Below are positions 51,801 to 57,318 of a stretch of 60,047 bases of DNA, one piece after another; positions within the stretch are counted from its first letter, which is position 1, and each line of letters opens with the position of its first letter. Origin of the DNA: a virus (taxonomy: Duplodnaviria > Caudoviricetes). Where the stretch lies: IMG/VR virus record IMGVR_UViG_3300000101_000017, positions 1-60,047 of that record; one strand, written 5' to 3'. Below the pieces are notes generated by a model that was not told where the DNA came from, ran no database searches, and saw nothing but the letters and a program-made list of their open reading frames with translations. A program made the position numbers and the translations under genes.

Positions 51801-51878
51801 TAGCAAATCACTTGTAGATCGTTTTTGCTCTCCATTGACAGGTAAAGTTGGTTCGTTTTGATCTTTATCATATGCCAT
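36879..51878 (-). CDS. Giant (4999 aa) virion structural protein, positionally gp7-like baseplate wedge/fibre hub
   Basis: Directly follows the gp6-like gene (TAATG overlap); contains W...Y..G..V.Y carbohydrate-binding-like repeats, FG-GAP-like propeller motifs, 'GSGYLSAP' motifs and '(G/A)DG(T/S)(T/S)..(Y/F)' repeats. Confidence 0.75.
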   Translation of the reverse strand: MAYDKDQNEPTLPVNGEQKRSTSDLLPRFFRTQSNKKFLSSTVDQLTQPGQVEKINGYIGRKAAKAYNVNDNYLGDVTTNRQNYQLEPASVIKNNIGEIEFYNDYNDYVNQIKNFNSGNLNDSVLNSQEYYAWNPSIDFDKFTNFREYYWLPQGPQTITVFGQTKDVESTYTVTLADNDDNNAYIFSPDGKTQNPTLKLYRGVTYKFILNTPNLPITFRTKKTLDDQFLLNQDSTATGISSQGTEVGELTLTLTAETPDVIYYVADNDINASGMIKVANIEEASAIDIEAEILGKISYKSSTGFNLTNGMKVKFGGEVTPTSYAEGSYYIEGVGSQIKLISETDLDIPSSYTEDFDVEFDGNGFDRLPFSKAIGYPTNKDYILINRASSDGNLWSRYNRWFHRDVIIESASINNQPVEIDQSQRAIRPIIEFDAGLKLFNYGTKNKKAIDLIDTFTKDAFSIIEGSIGYNIDGVNVTKGMRVLFAADTDVLVKNKIFEVDVIKFNNNNQITLKEVSDTNPITNEVVLVTQGTVNKGKTYFYNGTAWVLAQDKTATNQAPRFDLYDANGKSFGNSTTYSSTTFIGNTIFTYKQGSGSNDSELGFPISYRSIDNVGDIVFNFNLLTGTSTYTQDNAVITKRSDIGFLRKYTDLTTYESFTGWKKAKEKSTQPVIQQIIYDNSTNDFEIDVYENSGLLTDLKIVIYKNNVLQNTSDYTLSINALNNTVVTFVKTPSINDNIIIKTQTMATKNANGYYEIAPNLEKNPLNNDLTEFTLGEVNDHVATIIESLDNFTGIYPGQSNLRDFGDLVSKGKKIVKHSAPLNLSLYHLLDKDANIIKSIRYARREYGKFKRLFLQVAENLGYEGPVKGHFDKIMAELNIDKTSKMPFYFSDMVPTGATKFTEHDVIDKDEKYFALNEIYSASTPSRKAVGVYLNGVQLVLNKDYTFTTEGFVNCTATKQPGDKLGIYEYENTNGSYVPPTPSKLGLYPVYEPSIYEDNTYQTPTKVIQGHDGSIVVAYDDFRDNLLLELEKRIFNNIKVAYDTSMLNIHDFVGGEARQTNVVSANINKAMLQDFVQWSKLIDTDYTDNDTYNRDQSFTFNLYIQSDKSGNKLPGFWRQVYKHAYDTDRPHTHPWEMVGFFIKPSWWETQYGPAPYTSDNLNLWQDMEKGIVREPGKKYYAIKKYKRPNLTNHIPVNGNGKLLSPSDSNYVSQFDGTGLDSNWVFGDGSPVETAWRRSSEYAFSLITAWILNKPSEIFSKGFDRIRQVKNNAGNIVYSETQKQIRLQDIVFPNTVEDTAQVYTSGLINYISNYMASNVLSNYSQYKSNLKLISNQLGFKLGGFTEQNKFKLILDSRTPLNKGNVFVPEENYKVFLNKSVPIEILNYSGVIIEKATNGFIIKGYSEVSSAFKYLPAIKLANDPIINIGGVSENYIDWASGQTYVPGTNVQYQGTYYRVKSQFQSGTDFDNTNLAKLPSLPLIGGRDAVIKKTFNNTQVSELPYGTLLRTIQDVVDFLLGYGEFLKLKGFSFEAYNGEQKTVLDFVHSAKEFLFWTTQNWGEGSVITLSPGATDLQFETQYATVDDIYDNFYGYSLFKADGKKLEKELASIGRESIKNFSVAPKNTADGIFNINIGLIQKEHVVLLDNKTVFGDIIYDLEPGYRQERIKIAGYRTTDWDGSLNIPGFIYDDVKITEWTQYTDYQIGSVVKYKEFYYSALTKIAGTETFVDTSWVRLDEKPNNELISNFDYKTNQFNDFYDLDSDNFDVEQQRLAQHLIGYQKRDYLENIINDNVSQYKFYQGFILDKGTKNALTKLFDALASDDKDSLEFYEEWAIKSGQYGAADGFDEVEYKLDESKFRLKPQPIELTNSIPNDSKDLVYRILPSEVYVAPDNYDHKPFITKNVKKTFTRDSGFVNTNDVKKLVTFKDDIVNLTYQDIDNGDYIWIGNVNLTWDVVKHIDTDLVMDSITTEPGGFGITCKTIPNFAVGDIIGLGGIVTETITAGADSSVNVENQKVNFEGFYKIATIENDKLTFLTNTPPAELEKCKGNITEFISVKVANISEANTILQKGVNKDDLIWISDVGNGNWSVKKNSQVWNKFLELENNDSGNNHNYGIALASDIRNSVLAVGAPDNGNGKVFIYKRPSDNTALQLVEELIPTQFGNVDERFGASLDISEDGKYLIIGSPNSSENKTTYKQDWTSASAYTKADIVRKDNLLWKANTAILPATGAVTFNSFYSVTKSILDTSNATDNSNPVKTILTGGFPIRGFTTNHILVRAPKEIFDGAGENDQLELDWNTKSYSYQDQSTLTVTQPFGGDYGSIIDEDFIKNTTHTIQRKVESILYISSASIIPDEGNVVSTATASATVTQVVSNGNEVSVYVNNQTGTFEPTDTLFNQDSDFIGEFELVAPNENIDVSSTWNGYFVIETPNYTITNPLAPAVGTQTSDQGRGLVYIDTITDSANTGLVYNNSLDNDTTVINSRNTYGSEIGIFTNQGAPGAYGVTSPITSPNYYIRVSKTLSDSVSSGDTVSLYVNQLPRYSDNSFINIEATNLSTTETNRSHVITDIYDGYVTYNITQFDGGNPLEPLVGQTVQDFNTGAEGIIAHYERDSLTATVFLKNVTGTWSEGFDFGANSNLRMLAIPGSVNPLYTVDRTVGQIQFTSLGYAPNDIGKLLVLTTDDSSNISITGVTSRSLRYVEYYVYQERVVSGIARNSNIPSSVNNDWTQVFNIPLSISGVASSYTNEGHYSVYERNTQGNYNFINAYTLPEATSSYKLGSKIKISKHNDLYRAFIHSDNDSPGRIHFTKHGTENNILYNWEIARNKKFQGEFSNANTYATGDIVYLESDNAGEGRLYTALTNIAPGTFNITDWTSTDDLIDYVGYIPNDQGISVISDSSLDSTTADQGSLISFGKNYDVSGTGQVLVTSAIYGNDKPNLIFVYRENKGFYYRAQQIEAPSNTIGFGHALSISNDGMTIAVGTPYDDDQKLDQGKVLIYKQVNGTFNLTQTLNSPNNERAEMFGSALQFDGNTLAITARNGDSIIKTTFDTYTRPSTGYVLDNTSTQQIPTTFDNQFTSFQNVNENSGVVYLYENSNAGLLFGQTINVDNTNVNYFGRNILSRRNHLYVGLPALSNTNTQGRLVNYRKNINETIYSDYRVAKDPVDVSKIKRAILYNTKTNKLLTYIDYIDPIQGKIAGPAEENIRYKTLYDPANYSIGGIGVNVDPTDAWGTRQIGQVWWDLTTCKFVNPYQDSIIYSTNNWNRVFPGNSVDIYEWVESNILPADWDTLADTNDGFAQGYSGQSKYGNASYAQNRVYDSVKQTFSNKYYFWVKNKVTIPDVEGRNLSIQNVAKYIQDPASTGYKFVNLLSNNSFVLHNCDKLIEDNDVAISLQYWTIDNQTQNIHNEYQLITEGLDTSVPNTDVENKWFDSLVGYDKFNRPVPDSTLPEKLKYGSLSKPRQGWFINRVEAFKQFIDRTNSVLLTNLIIDDKILTKLQAKDPAPSTITRLYDTSVDTLADLSLLGVAKAERAELRPIIKDGKISRVLIDNPGRGYRVAPTYTIDGQGTGAKFNIAINALGKITDVTMVEQGTNYTDATTIEVRNYSVLVNADETIQGKWGIYERLPVEKVWRRVSSSSFDVTKYWNYADWYATGYSDLTEINFAIDSSYELTALDDSMGDIVKIKNIGSGGWLLLRKIDNQDTTDYTVNYSTIGRQNGTIQFKEELYNTAKSFVGFDTISFDTQYFDNEPIKETKQILQALKYDILIDELKIEYNKLFFSSVRYVLSEQNYVDWLFKTSFIKAKHNVGTLREDITFNNDNLDSYEKYVEEVKPFKTKVREYLSAYEKIEQSRTSITDFDLPPKYNSDYQEILPEYIKVQNDLLIGTDANITTYPNKHWLDNHTHKISKVIIADSGSGFLSVPQVKFSGGGGTGATAKAYIGNGKITKIEITNKGSGYLSAPIISFDVNQEETGTPCTASVILENNTIRSAKTIVKYDRIKSNFEIKTLPAEKTFIASGSAFDFNLDWPMSLGRKDVQVKVSGTEALRSEYSFTNVLDVTKGYDRYYGRITFVTKPAKDAIVIISYKKSIELLDAADRINLFYDPTTGQLGKELSQLMDGVDYGGVEVKSFGFDTTSGYDSDNFYESGYDTYDNTYEDEIFKLEDSTTQFTFTKPLETGVQYHVYKNNVRIDDPKWDGSTVVTNKNAIMQSITGSGQTAWSRTDDGALPTNIVVFDEEAVPFANTDTIIFRKSTSDGTFLPDPISYDSVIQGGALNYSTATGVAASDINIDGDGFVTQLTSKGPEELVPGQILDTLDIQVYERPTGGASQIYATNYVGDGTTVRYKIGNKPVLESSVFVKVGYVIQDASSYTLDLTTDEVIFTTAPTLGERVTLITVDVSGAQILDIDEFTGDGSTTQFLTSVPYESNLEFYATVNGKRVESNLSEAPKTYEYPGNALLNFGSAPTEDAPVRFAIFRGLTLADSTILQNFSEVNIETITADGTSTVYDLSTTPFTSEPSAFDIIVEVNNKILNPGYSKTFKTQAGVLEYKLELWQIPVASVGSAEVYVYLGDQKLQESKDFTFIGSDVYDSSIDAENQDANIIRLKNELDTNGKDLKVFVLSDGEYSLGYLDSSINSWIETPNELRLVNPPAENEIIKVYQFSNNSKQKIERLNYEVVNRTVLTVGSESWTNSRHLANGLIKLDTPALDAQYVWVSINGNFLNPSIDYYVTDNKNYVKIIASIADNDVIDVIHFAGDKTVDKFGWRQFKDMLNRNHYKRLDGTQDIILSQDLNITDNVIYVNDASTLSEPSRDAKYPGVIFINGERIEYFVKEGNELQQIRRGTLGTGANKLINQGSEVYPQSSNTNLPYSDKALTTILTADGTSTVYELDFEATGVNDFEVFVGGKRLRKNNIEHYQRETYNLDGTIATPLIAQDSPEGDITLPAEFTVSGNMLTLTDAPGVNQKIIIVRRQGKLWSDPGTPLSGADSDIARFLRAKQVDLPR

Positions 51879-54800
51879 TAATATGCACTGCCTCCGCTAC
51901 TGCTACTAGAACTGCTACTAGAACTGCTACTAGAACTGCTAGATGTGCTACTAGCTGTTGTACTACTAGAACTTTGTATTCCAGTATTTGATGTAGTAGA
52001 TGATGTTAATACATTACCTTGTGCTTTAAGTCTTGATGCTGTAATTGCATCTACAATTTCTATATCATCAACTGTTGCACCACTAATGAATATTTCATCT
52101 GATTCTGATTTAATTTCAAGTAATGAACCAAATGACTGAGCAGATTGATCTGGTACTAAAACAAACATAACTAAATCTGGTGCAAGTTGTTGCATTACAT
52201 ATGCACTCAATTCAGTAAAATAAAATGTTTCGCCAAATTCCCAATTTTCTAAAGCAAAGAATTCGTTAATTGAACTAATTACTCTTGACTTTAAATCATT
52301 GTCGTTAATTGTAAGATCTGCATTTTTAACAATTTTAAAAGTTGCTTGTAAATCATCCTTTGCTTTGTTTCCAAATAATACTTTATATTTTACAGGGTGA
52401 TAAATTATTTCATCTGTTAAACTTTTTATTTTGTTTAATTCTGTACCATAACTTTGGTATAACTGATCTTGACTTGGTGGTAAAGGTTTAGCAGAAATAG
52501 TTCCTTCTAAATATTGTCTATATGTATTATCATATGAACGTGTTAAAAGATATGTGTCAATAATATTAGAAACACTAGGATCTATTCTTGAACTTGCGTC
52601 TGCAGCATGAACATATAAGAATTTTAATTTATCTCTACCTAATCTTGCTCTAAAGTCATTAGTAAGTGTTAAATTTCCAGTTAGTTTATCTATCTCGTAA
52701 AATATATTTTCATCTACAAAATAAAGAACTTGTTTGTCTTCATAAACTGTTGTTGTTCCTAAAGATGCTAAATTTTGTAAAGTTATAATAGGTTGTGTTC
52801 TTGCTGTATTATTAACATAATTATAATCTTCACTTCCGTCGTTAGTAGATTCTTTTTGTAAGAAAACAAATTTATTTAAAGGTGTAACTTTAGGTGCAAC
52901 TATATCTTCAAATATTTGAGGATTATCTACAACACCGTCTTCGTCTTCATCAAAGAAACTTACTTGTATTTTTTTACTATTAACATAGCCATCTGTATCT
53001 CTAAACTCTTCAACAATTTCCCAATCAAAGTCAATTGTAAATGGAGATGTTACATCAGGTTGTGTATTAATATTTAAAATACTTATTTTATCTTTAACAG
53101 TTTTTCCTGTCAAATTGTTATAAATTTTATCGCCTGAATCATAATAGAATTTAATTTCTTTATCACTCTCAAATACGTACCTACTTGCTCTATATGTAAT
53201 TGTGTAAGTTTCGCCATCAGTTTCAAAAAGTAATAACCAACTTGCATCTAACTGTTGATTAGTACTATCACCAGTTTTACCTATACTGAAAGCGCCTCCA
53301 ATATTTAAATCGTTTTCTGTAATTAAACGCCATTGTCTAAGATCTCTATCAAATCTTAATCCAAATGTTTTATATGCAAATGCTTGATCTACAATTTGTG
53401 TTTTTACATCATTTTCTAATGCAGTTGCTATGCGAGGCATAATTTCAACTAGCTTGGCTCCTGTTGGAATAGGGTCAGCTAAAATAACTCCGCCGCTTCC
53501 GTCTGCATTTGTAACTGTTCCATCGCCTGTTACACTTACAACTTTAGTCCATTTGTAAGATATAGCATTTGGATGATCTGGTAATCCATCCATCAATCCG
53601 TGTTCGTTATTTGCCATAAAGTGTTGACCAGTTGGTGGAACAAATTTTATTAATGTTCCCGGAACTATTAATTTTAATAGACTTCCTGTAAATGATCCTA
53701 TTTGACTTCTAACACCTGTAGTATTTTTTAAATATCCTGTATTTAGATTTGTATCATTAGACAGTGATGTCCATGTATTATTCAAATCTTCTGTAAGTAG
53801 TTTAGGATATTCGCTCATGTAAAAGTTTTTTACTTTGCGGTCTGTTAAAATAGGCTCGATTGTATTTTCAATCGCTCCTTCAATATCTGTTTGAGTAGCA
53901 AACGTAAATGTATTTTGTAATTCAAGTTTTTCTTTTGTAATAATACCGTCAATACCAAACAAGTTTGTTTTACTATATTTTCCTGTAGCATCAGTTAGAT
54001 CAAAATATCTTGATATACCACTTGCAATCCTGTTAATAGATTTTGCTTTTACAATTTCTTGGTTAACTGTAAGCGGACCAATTTGATAATCTTCAGCAGT
54101 AACCATTCTATTTTGAGTATAATAGTTTGCTGGTGCTGAATTTTTTATGCTACCATTTGTTTCGCTTGTTGTTGCATTATCAACAGTGTATCCTAATTCA
54201 AAAACAAGACTTAAAGTTTCACTTCTTCCTTTACGTGAAACATAAGGAATTTTAATACTAACACCACGCATGTCTGCTGGGTCAATAATTTGTCTTTGAT
54301 TTTTACTAGTTCTATAATATACTCTAAAATTACCTTTTGGTAGGTTTCCAAAAACGCCATCACTAAAAATTAAACTTATTCTATCATTAATTCTTGTTAA
54401 TACAGAATAAATGTTTCTTACTTTTTTACTTAAACTATTATAAATTACATTATTGCCTTCAACAGCATCAACCTTAGACCATTGTTCGTCTTCCAACCCA
54501 AAGCCGTCTAATTTGTAAAGCCATACATCGTTGTTGTTTATATTAACAGCATCAATAGCAACTACTTGATTAGTGCTAGGTGTTGAAATATTAAATGTAC
54601 CTTGATCTAAAGTACCTTGCCTAAAGTGACAAAAGAAACCATTATTAGTACTTGCTGGCCCGCGGCCGTCATCTCTATACAAGAATGCAAAGTTATTACC
54701 TGGGAACGGTGATTCTTCTTCAATACTTCCTTTGGTTACATCTGTACTTACTATTTCAAATCTTGTACTTGTACCATTAACTACTTTAGAAAAACCAAAT

Positions 54801-55393
54801 ACAGGAACTTCTTTATTTGTACTGTTAAATCTATACTGTTCAGTAGGAATGCCAGCTACAGTTTCTTTTTTAACAGGACGTCCGTATGTGCCGTTAATAG
54901 GTAACGATGCATTAAGTACTTTTGTAAATTGTTCGTTCCAATCAGGGTTACTTGGATCATTCCATATAATTGTTTGATTTTCTAAATTTATATTATTAGC
55001 ATCAAACAATTCTTCTGTAGTTTGTACACTAGTAATTTTAAGTAATCCGTTTGCAGGTTGATTTCGCTTTGGGTTATATGAAAGCAAACGTGCTAGACGT
55101 AATACGCTTTCTCTACGTTCTGCTAATTCTAGAAAATTTTCTCTAGCATTAAGATCGATTCTGTATGATATATTTTGTCCTAAAAATGCTATCAAATCTA
55201 TCAATGCAAGGTACTCTGAGCTTTCAATATAATCATTGAAATCCTCAGGGTAATTTTCCCTAATATAATTAATCATTACACGGCGAAGATTGTCAAAGTC
55301 GTAACTTTGGAAATCCGCATTTCTATAACTTTGATAGATGCGTTTCCAATCTTCTGCAACTAGTAATCTATTTTGTCTATCTGTTGACGACAT
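51878..55393 (-). CDS. gp6: Baseplate wedge subunit, T4 gp6-like
   Basis: 'YDFDNLR..I.Y..YPEDFNDYIESS..ALIDLIA', 'ARENFLELAERRESVLRLARLLSYNPKR', 'FSDGVFG.LP', 'YYTQNRMVTAEDY'. Confidence 0.85.
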   Translation of the reverse strand: MSSTDRQNRLLVAEDWKRIYQSYRNADFQSYDFDNLRRVMINYIRENYPEDFNDYIESSEYLALIDLIAFLGQNISYRIDLNARENFLELAERRESVLRLARLLSYNPKRNQPANGLLKITSVQTTEELFDANNINLENQTIIWNDPSNPDWNEQFTKVLNASLPINGTYGRPVKKETVAGIPTEQYRFNSTNKEVPVFGFSKVVNGTSTRFEIVSTDVTKGSIEEESPFPGNNFAFLYRDDGRGPASTNNGFFCHFRQGTLDQGTFNISTPSTNQVVAIDAVNINNNDVWLYKLDGFGLEDEQWSKVDAVEGNNVIYNSLSKKVRNIYSVLTRINDRISLIFSDGVFGNLPKGNFRVYYRTSKNQRQIIDPADMRGVSIKIPYVSRKGRSETLSLVFELGYTVDNATTSETNGSIKNSAPANYYTQNRMVTAEDYQIGPLTVNQEIVKAKSINRIASGISRYFDLTDATGKYSKTNLFGIDGIITKEKLELQNTFTFATQTDIEGAIENTIEPILTDRKVKNFYMSEYPKLLTEDLNNTWTSLSNDTNLNTGYLKNTTGVRSQIGSFTGSLLKLIVPGTLIKFVPPTGQHFMANNEHGLMDGLPDHPNAISYKWTKVVSVTGDGTVTNADGSGGVILADPIPTGAKLVEIMPRIATALENDVKTQIVDQAFAYKTFGLRFDRDLRQWRLITENDLNIGGAFSIGKTGDSTNQQLDASWLLLFETDGETYTITYRASRYVFESDKEIKFYYDSGDKIYNNLTGKTVKDKISILNINTQPDVTSPFTIDFDWEIVEEFRDTDGYVNSKKIQVSFFDEDEDGVVDNPQIFEDIVAPKVTPLNKFVFLQKESTNDGSEDYNYVNNTARTQPIITLQNLASLGTTTVYEDKQVLYFVDENIFYEIDKLTGNLTLTNDFRARLGRDKLKFLYVHAADASSRIDPSVSNIIDTYLLTRSYDNTYRQYLEGTISAKPLPPSQDQLYQSYGTELNKIKSLTDEIIYHPVKYKVLFGNKAKDDLQATFKIVKNADLTINDNDLKSRVISSINEFFALENWEFGETFYFTELSAYVMQQLAPDLVMFVLVPDQSAQSFGSLLEIKSESDEIFISGATVDDIEIVDAITASRLKAQGNVLTSSTTSNTGIQSSSSTTASSTSSSSSSSSSSSSSSSSGGSAY
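51900..51941. repeat. 12-bp tandem repeat (CTGCTACTAGAA x3.5) encoding a poly-Ser C-terminal tail of gp6
   Basis: Direct reading of the sequence; protein ends SSSSSSSSSSSSSSSGGSAY. Confidence 0.9.
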
Positions 55394-55415
55394 GGCTATT
55401 CCTCTTTTTACTAGT

Positions 55416-55423
55416 GTATTTAT
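55416..55423 (-). promoter_or_regulatory. Putative late promoter ATAAATAC
   Basis: Intergenic, upstream of the GAGG RBS of the gp6-like gene. Confidence 0.6.
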
Positions 55424-55449
55424 TTAAATGAGATAAGTGCGTATATAAT

Positions 55450-55896
55450 TTATGCACTTAGTAAACCTGCTTTTTCATCGAACTGAAATCGCAGCTGTTC
55501 ACTAATATTGTAGGGTAAAAACAATAAACTTACTTCTACTTGAATACCACTTTCGTACTGATCAACAACGATATTATTGACTTGTACTCTTGGATCTAAA
55601 TTTACAATATTTGATACATTTGCTACTATTGCATCTTTTAATGGTTCTGTTAACGGCTCGAATAAAATGTCCCAAATAATTGTACCAAATTCTGGATCGC
55701 TAATTTTTTCACCTTGGCGAATATGAAAATGGTTGATAATATCCTGTTTAATAAGTTCTATATCATATAAAACAAATTTACCAGTGTTGTTTACTGTACT
55801 AAAGCCTCTATACGCCTTAGTACCAACACCAAAGTCGGTTTTTTGATTAGATTTTACTTCTACTTGTTTATATAATTGTTTTTCTAATGAGCTCAT
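55450..55896 (-). CDS. gp25: Baseplate wedge subunit, gp25/GPW family
   Basis: 'DIELIKQDIINHFHIRQGEK..DPEFGTIIWDILFEP', 'DPRV'. Confidence 0.9.
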   Translation of the reverse strand: MSSLEKQLYKQVEVKSNQKTDFGVGTKAYRGFSTVNNTGKFVLYDIELIKQDIINHFHIRQGEKISDPEFGTIIWDILFEPLTEPLKDAIVANVSNIVNLDPRVQVNNIVVDQYESGIQVEVSLLFLPYNISEQLRFQFDEKAGLLSA

Positions 55897-55899
55897 ACT

Positions 55900-55907
55900 G
55901 TATTTAC
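55900..55907 (-). promoter_or_regulatory. Putative late promoter GTAAATAC just upstream of the gp25 start
   Basis: TAAATAC-AGT-ATG with no room for an RBS downstream of the motif. Confidence 0.45.
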
Positions 55908-55908
55908 C

Positions 55909-57318
55909 TTAGGTTGGTTTGCTAAAAGTATCCAGCACAGGTGTGTATTTGCCTAATGCTGTAGCACCATTTAGACCTAAAATGTTTGCTGGATTTGTAG
56001 CATCTGTTTTAAGTGGTGTATGTTCTGCAGGATTTAAATTTTCATGGCCAGTCCACGGTTCGTGCTGAGGCTGTCTTAATGGCGATTTAGCATCACTAGC
56101 TTGTTGAGCTACAGGTCCGTTTAAGTGCAACGGATCAGAAGTCAAATACATACCTGAAGAGCTTACATCATGTCTGCCTTCACAAGTAATTTTGCCATTT
56201 GCGCCTACTTTAACTTCCCAGTTCTCTCCAGTCTGTGTAAACATGCCTTGTCCAGATATCATGTTTATATTATTTCCAGCTTCAATATTGATATCTCTAT
56301 CTGCTTTGAAATTAAAATCATTTTCTGAATGAATACTAACACTATCTTTTGCGTAGATATCAATTTTGCCGTTTGATGTTAATTCAATCCAAGCAGTACC
56401 TTTGCCGTTTGCAATATAAATTAGTTCTTCAGAATTATGCATTAATATCTGATGACCTGTTCTTGTCTTTAATCTTATTAAATCATTATGAGGTAACGTT
56501 ACATCTCCTGATTCACCTTTTTCAATACTAGCATATTCTGGTGGACCTTCAGAAGCAGAAGTTTTCCTTAACAAACTTGCATCTCCGTCATCCATTACAA
56601 AACTAGATCCACTTAATCTGTTAAATGCAACATCACTTTGTGCAAATTGTTCTCCGTACTTTACTTTAGGAGATCCTGGTCTCCTATCAGCTGGGCCCGG
56701 AGTGCTAAATCCAAATACCATACTAGGTGTTTCACGTCTAGCACTACTTGTTGTTGTGCCTCTAGTATGATCTGTAGTTAAGCCTGCGTTTTCTAAAATA
56801 CCTTGTCTATTTACATCTGTTGGTTTTACAAATTTTGTTGCATCTTTGCCAGCGCCTTTTTCAACTTTTTTATTATATTCGCCAACAGGTAATGGTTTGC
56901 TTTTATCTGAATTATTAAATGAAGTACTTGCATACCCTGGTAACATAAAATTCATGTATTCTTCTTGTACACAACCTATCCAATACCCTTGTCCAAAATT
57001 ACCTTCAGCAAATATTACTAATACCTTTGTACCAATGTCTGGTGGTACTGCCCACATTCCATAACTTTTTTGAGTATAGGCATAACCTTCATTATTACTA
57101 ACACCTTTGTAGGGAGTAACACCGTAAAAAGGATTTAAATATTTTACAGGAACCATTTGTCCTGTTTTTTCAGTACTGTTTCCTGCATCTGTTACTTTTA
57201 ATAGTTCAACTTCTAAACTACCCATATTTTTGCTGTCAAGATGATTTACAACTGTTGCAAGAAATGGGCCAGGATTTCCGCTTAGGTCGGTTTTTGCTGA
57301 ACGTTGATTCTCTGCCAT
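55909..57318 (-). CDS. Baseplate central spike, gp5/VgrG-like (OB fold + beta-helix, no lysozyme domain seen)
   Basis: 'GMWAVPPDIGTKVLVIFAEG...YWIGC', 'FVMDDG', 'RLKTRTGHQILM', 'WIELTSNGKIDIYA..SVSIHS..DFNFKADRDINIEAG'. Confidence 0.8.
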   Translation of the reverse strand: MAENQRSAKTDLSGNPGPFLATVVNHLDSKNMGSLEVELLKVTDAGNSTEKTGQMVPVKYLNPFYGVTPYKGVSNNEGYAYTQKSYGMWAVPPDIGTKVLVIFAEGNFGQGYWIGCVQEEYMNFMLPGYASTSFNNSDKSKPLPVGEYNKKVEKGAGKDATKFVKPTDVNRQGILENAGLTTDHTRGTTTSSARRETPSMVFGFSTPGPADRRPGSPKVKYGEQFAQSDVAFNRLSGSSFVMDDGDASLLRKTSASEGPPEYASIEKGESGDVTLPHNDLIRLKTRTGHQILMHNSEELIYIANGKGTAWIELTSNGKIDIYAKDSVSIHSENDFNFKADRDINIEAGNNINMISGQGMFTQTGENWEVKVGANGKITCEGRHDVSSSGMYLTSDPLHLNGPVAQQASDAKSPLRQPQHEPWTGHENLNPAEHTPLKTDATNPANILGLNGATALGKYTPVLDTFSKPT

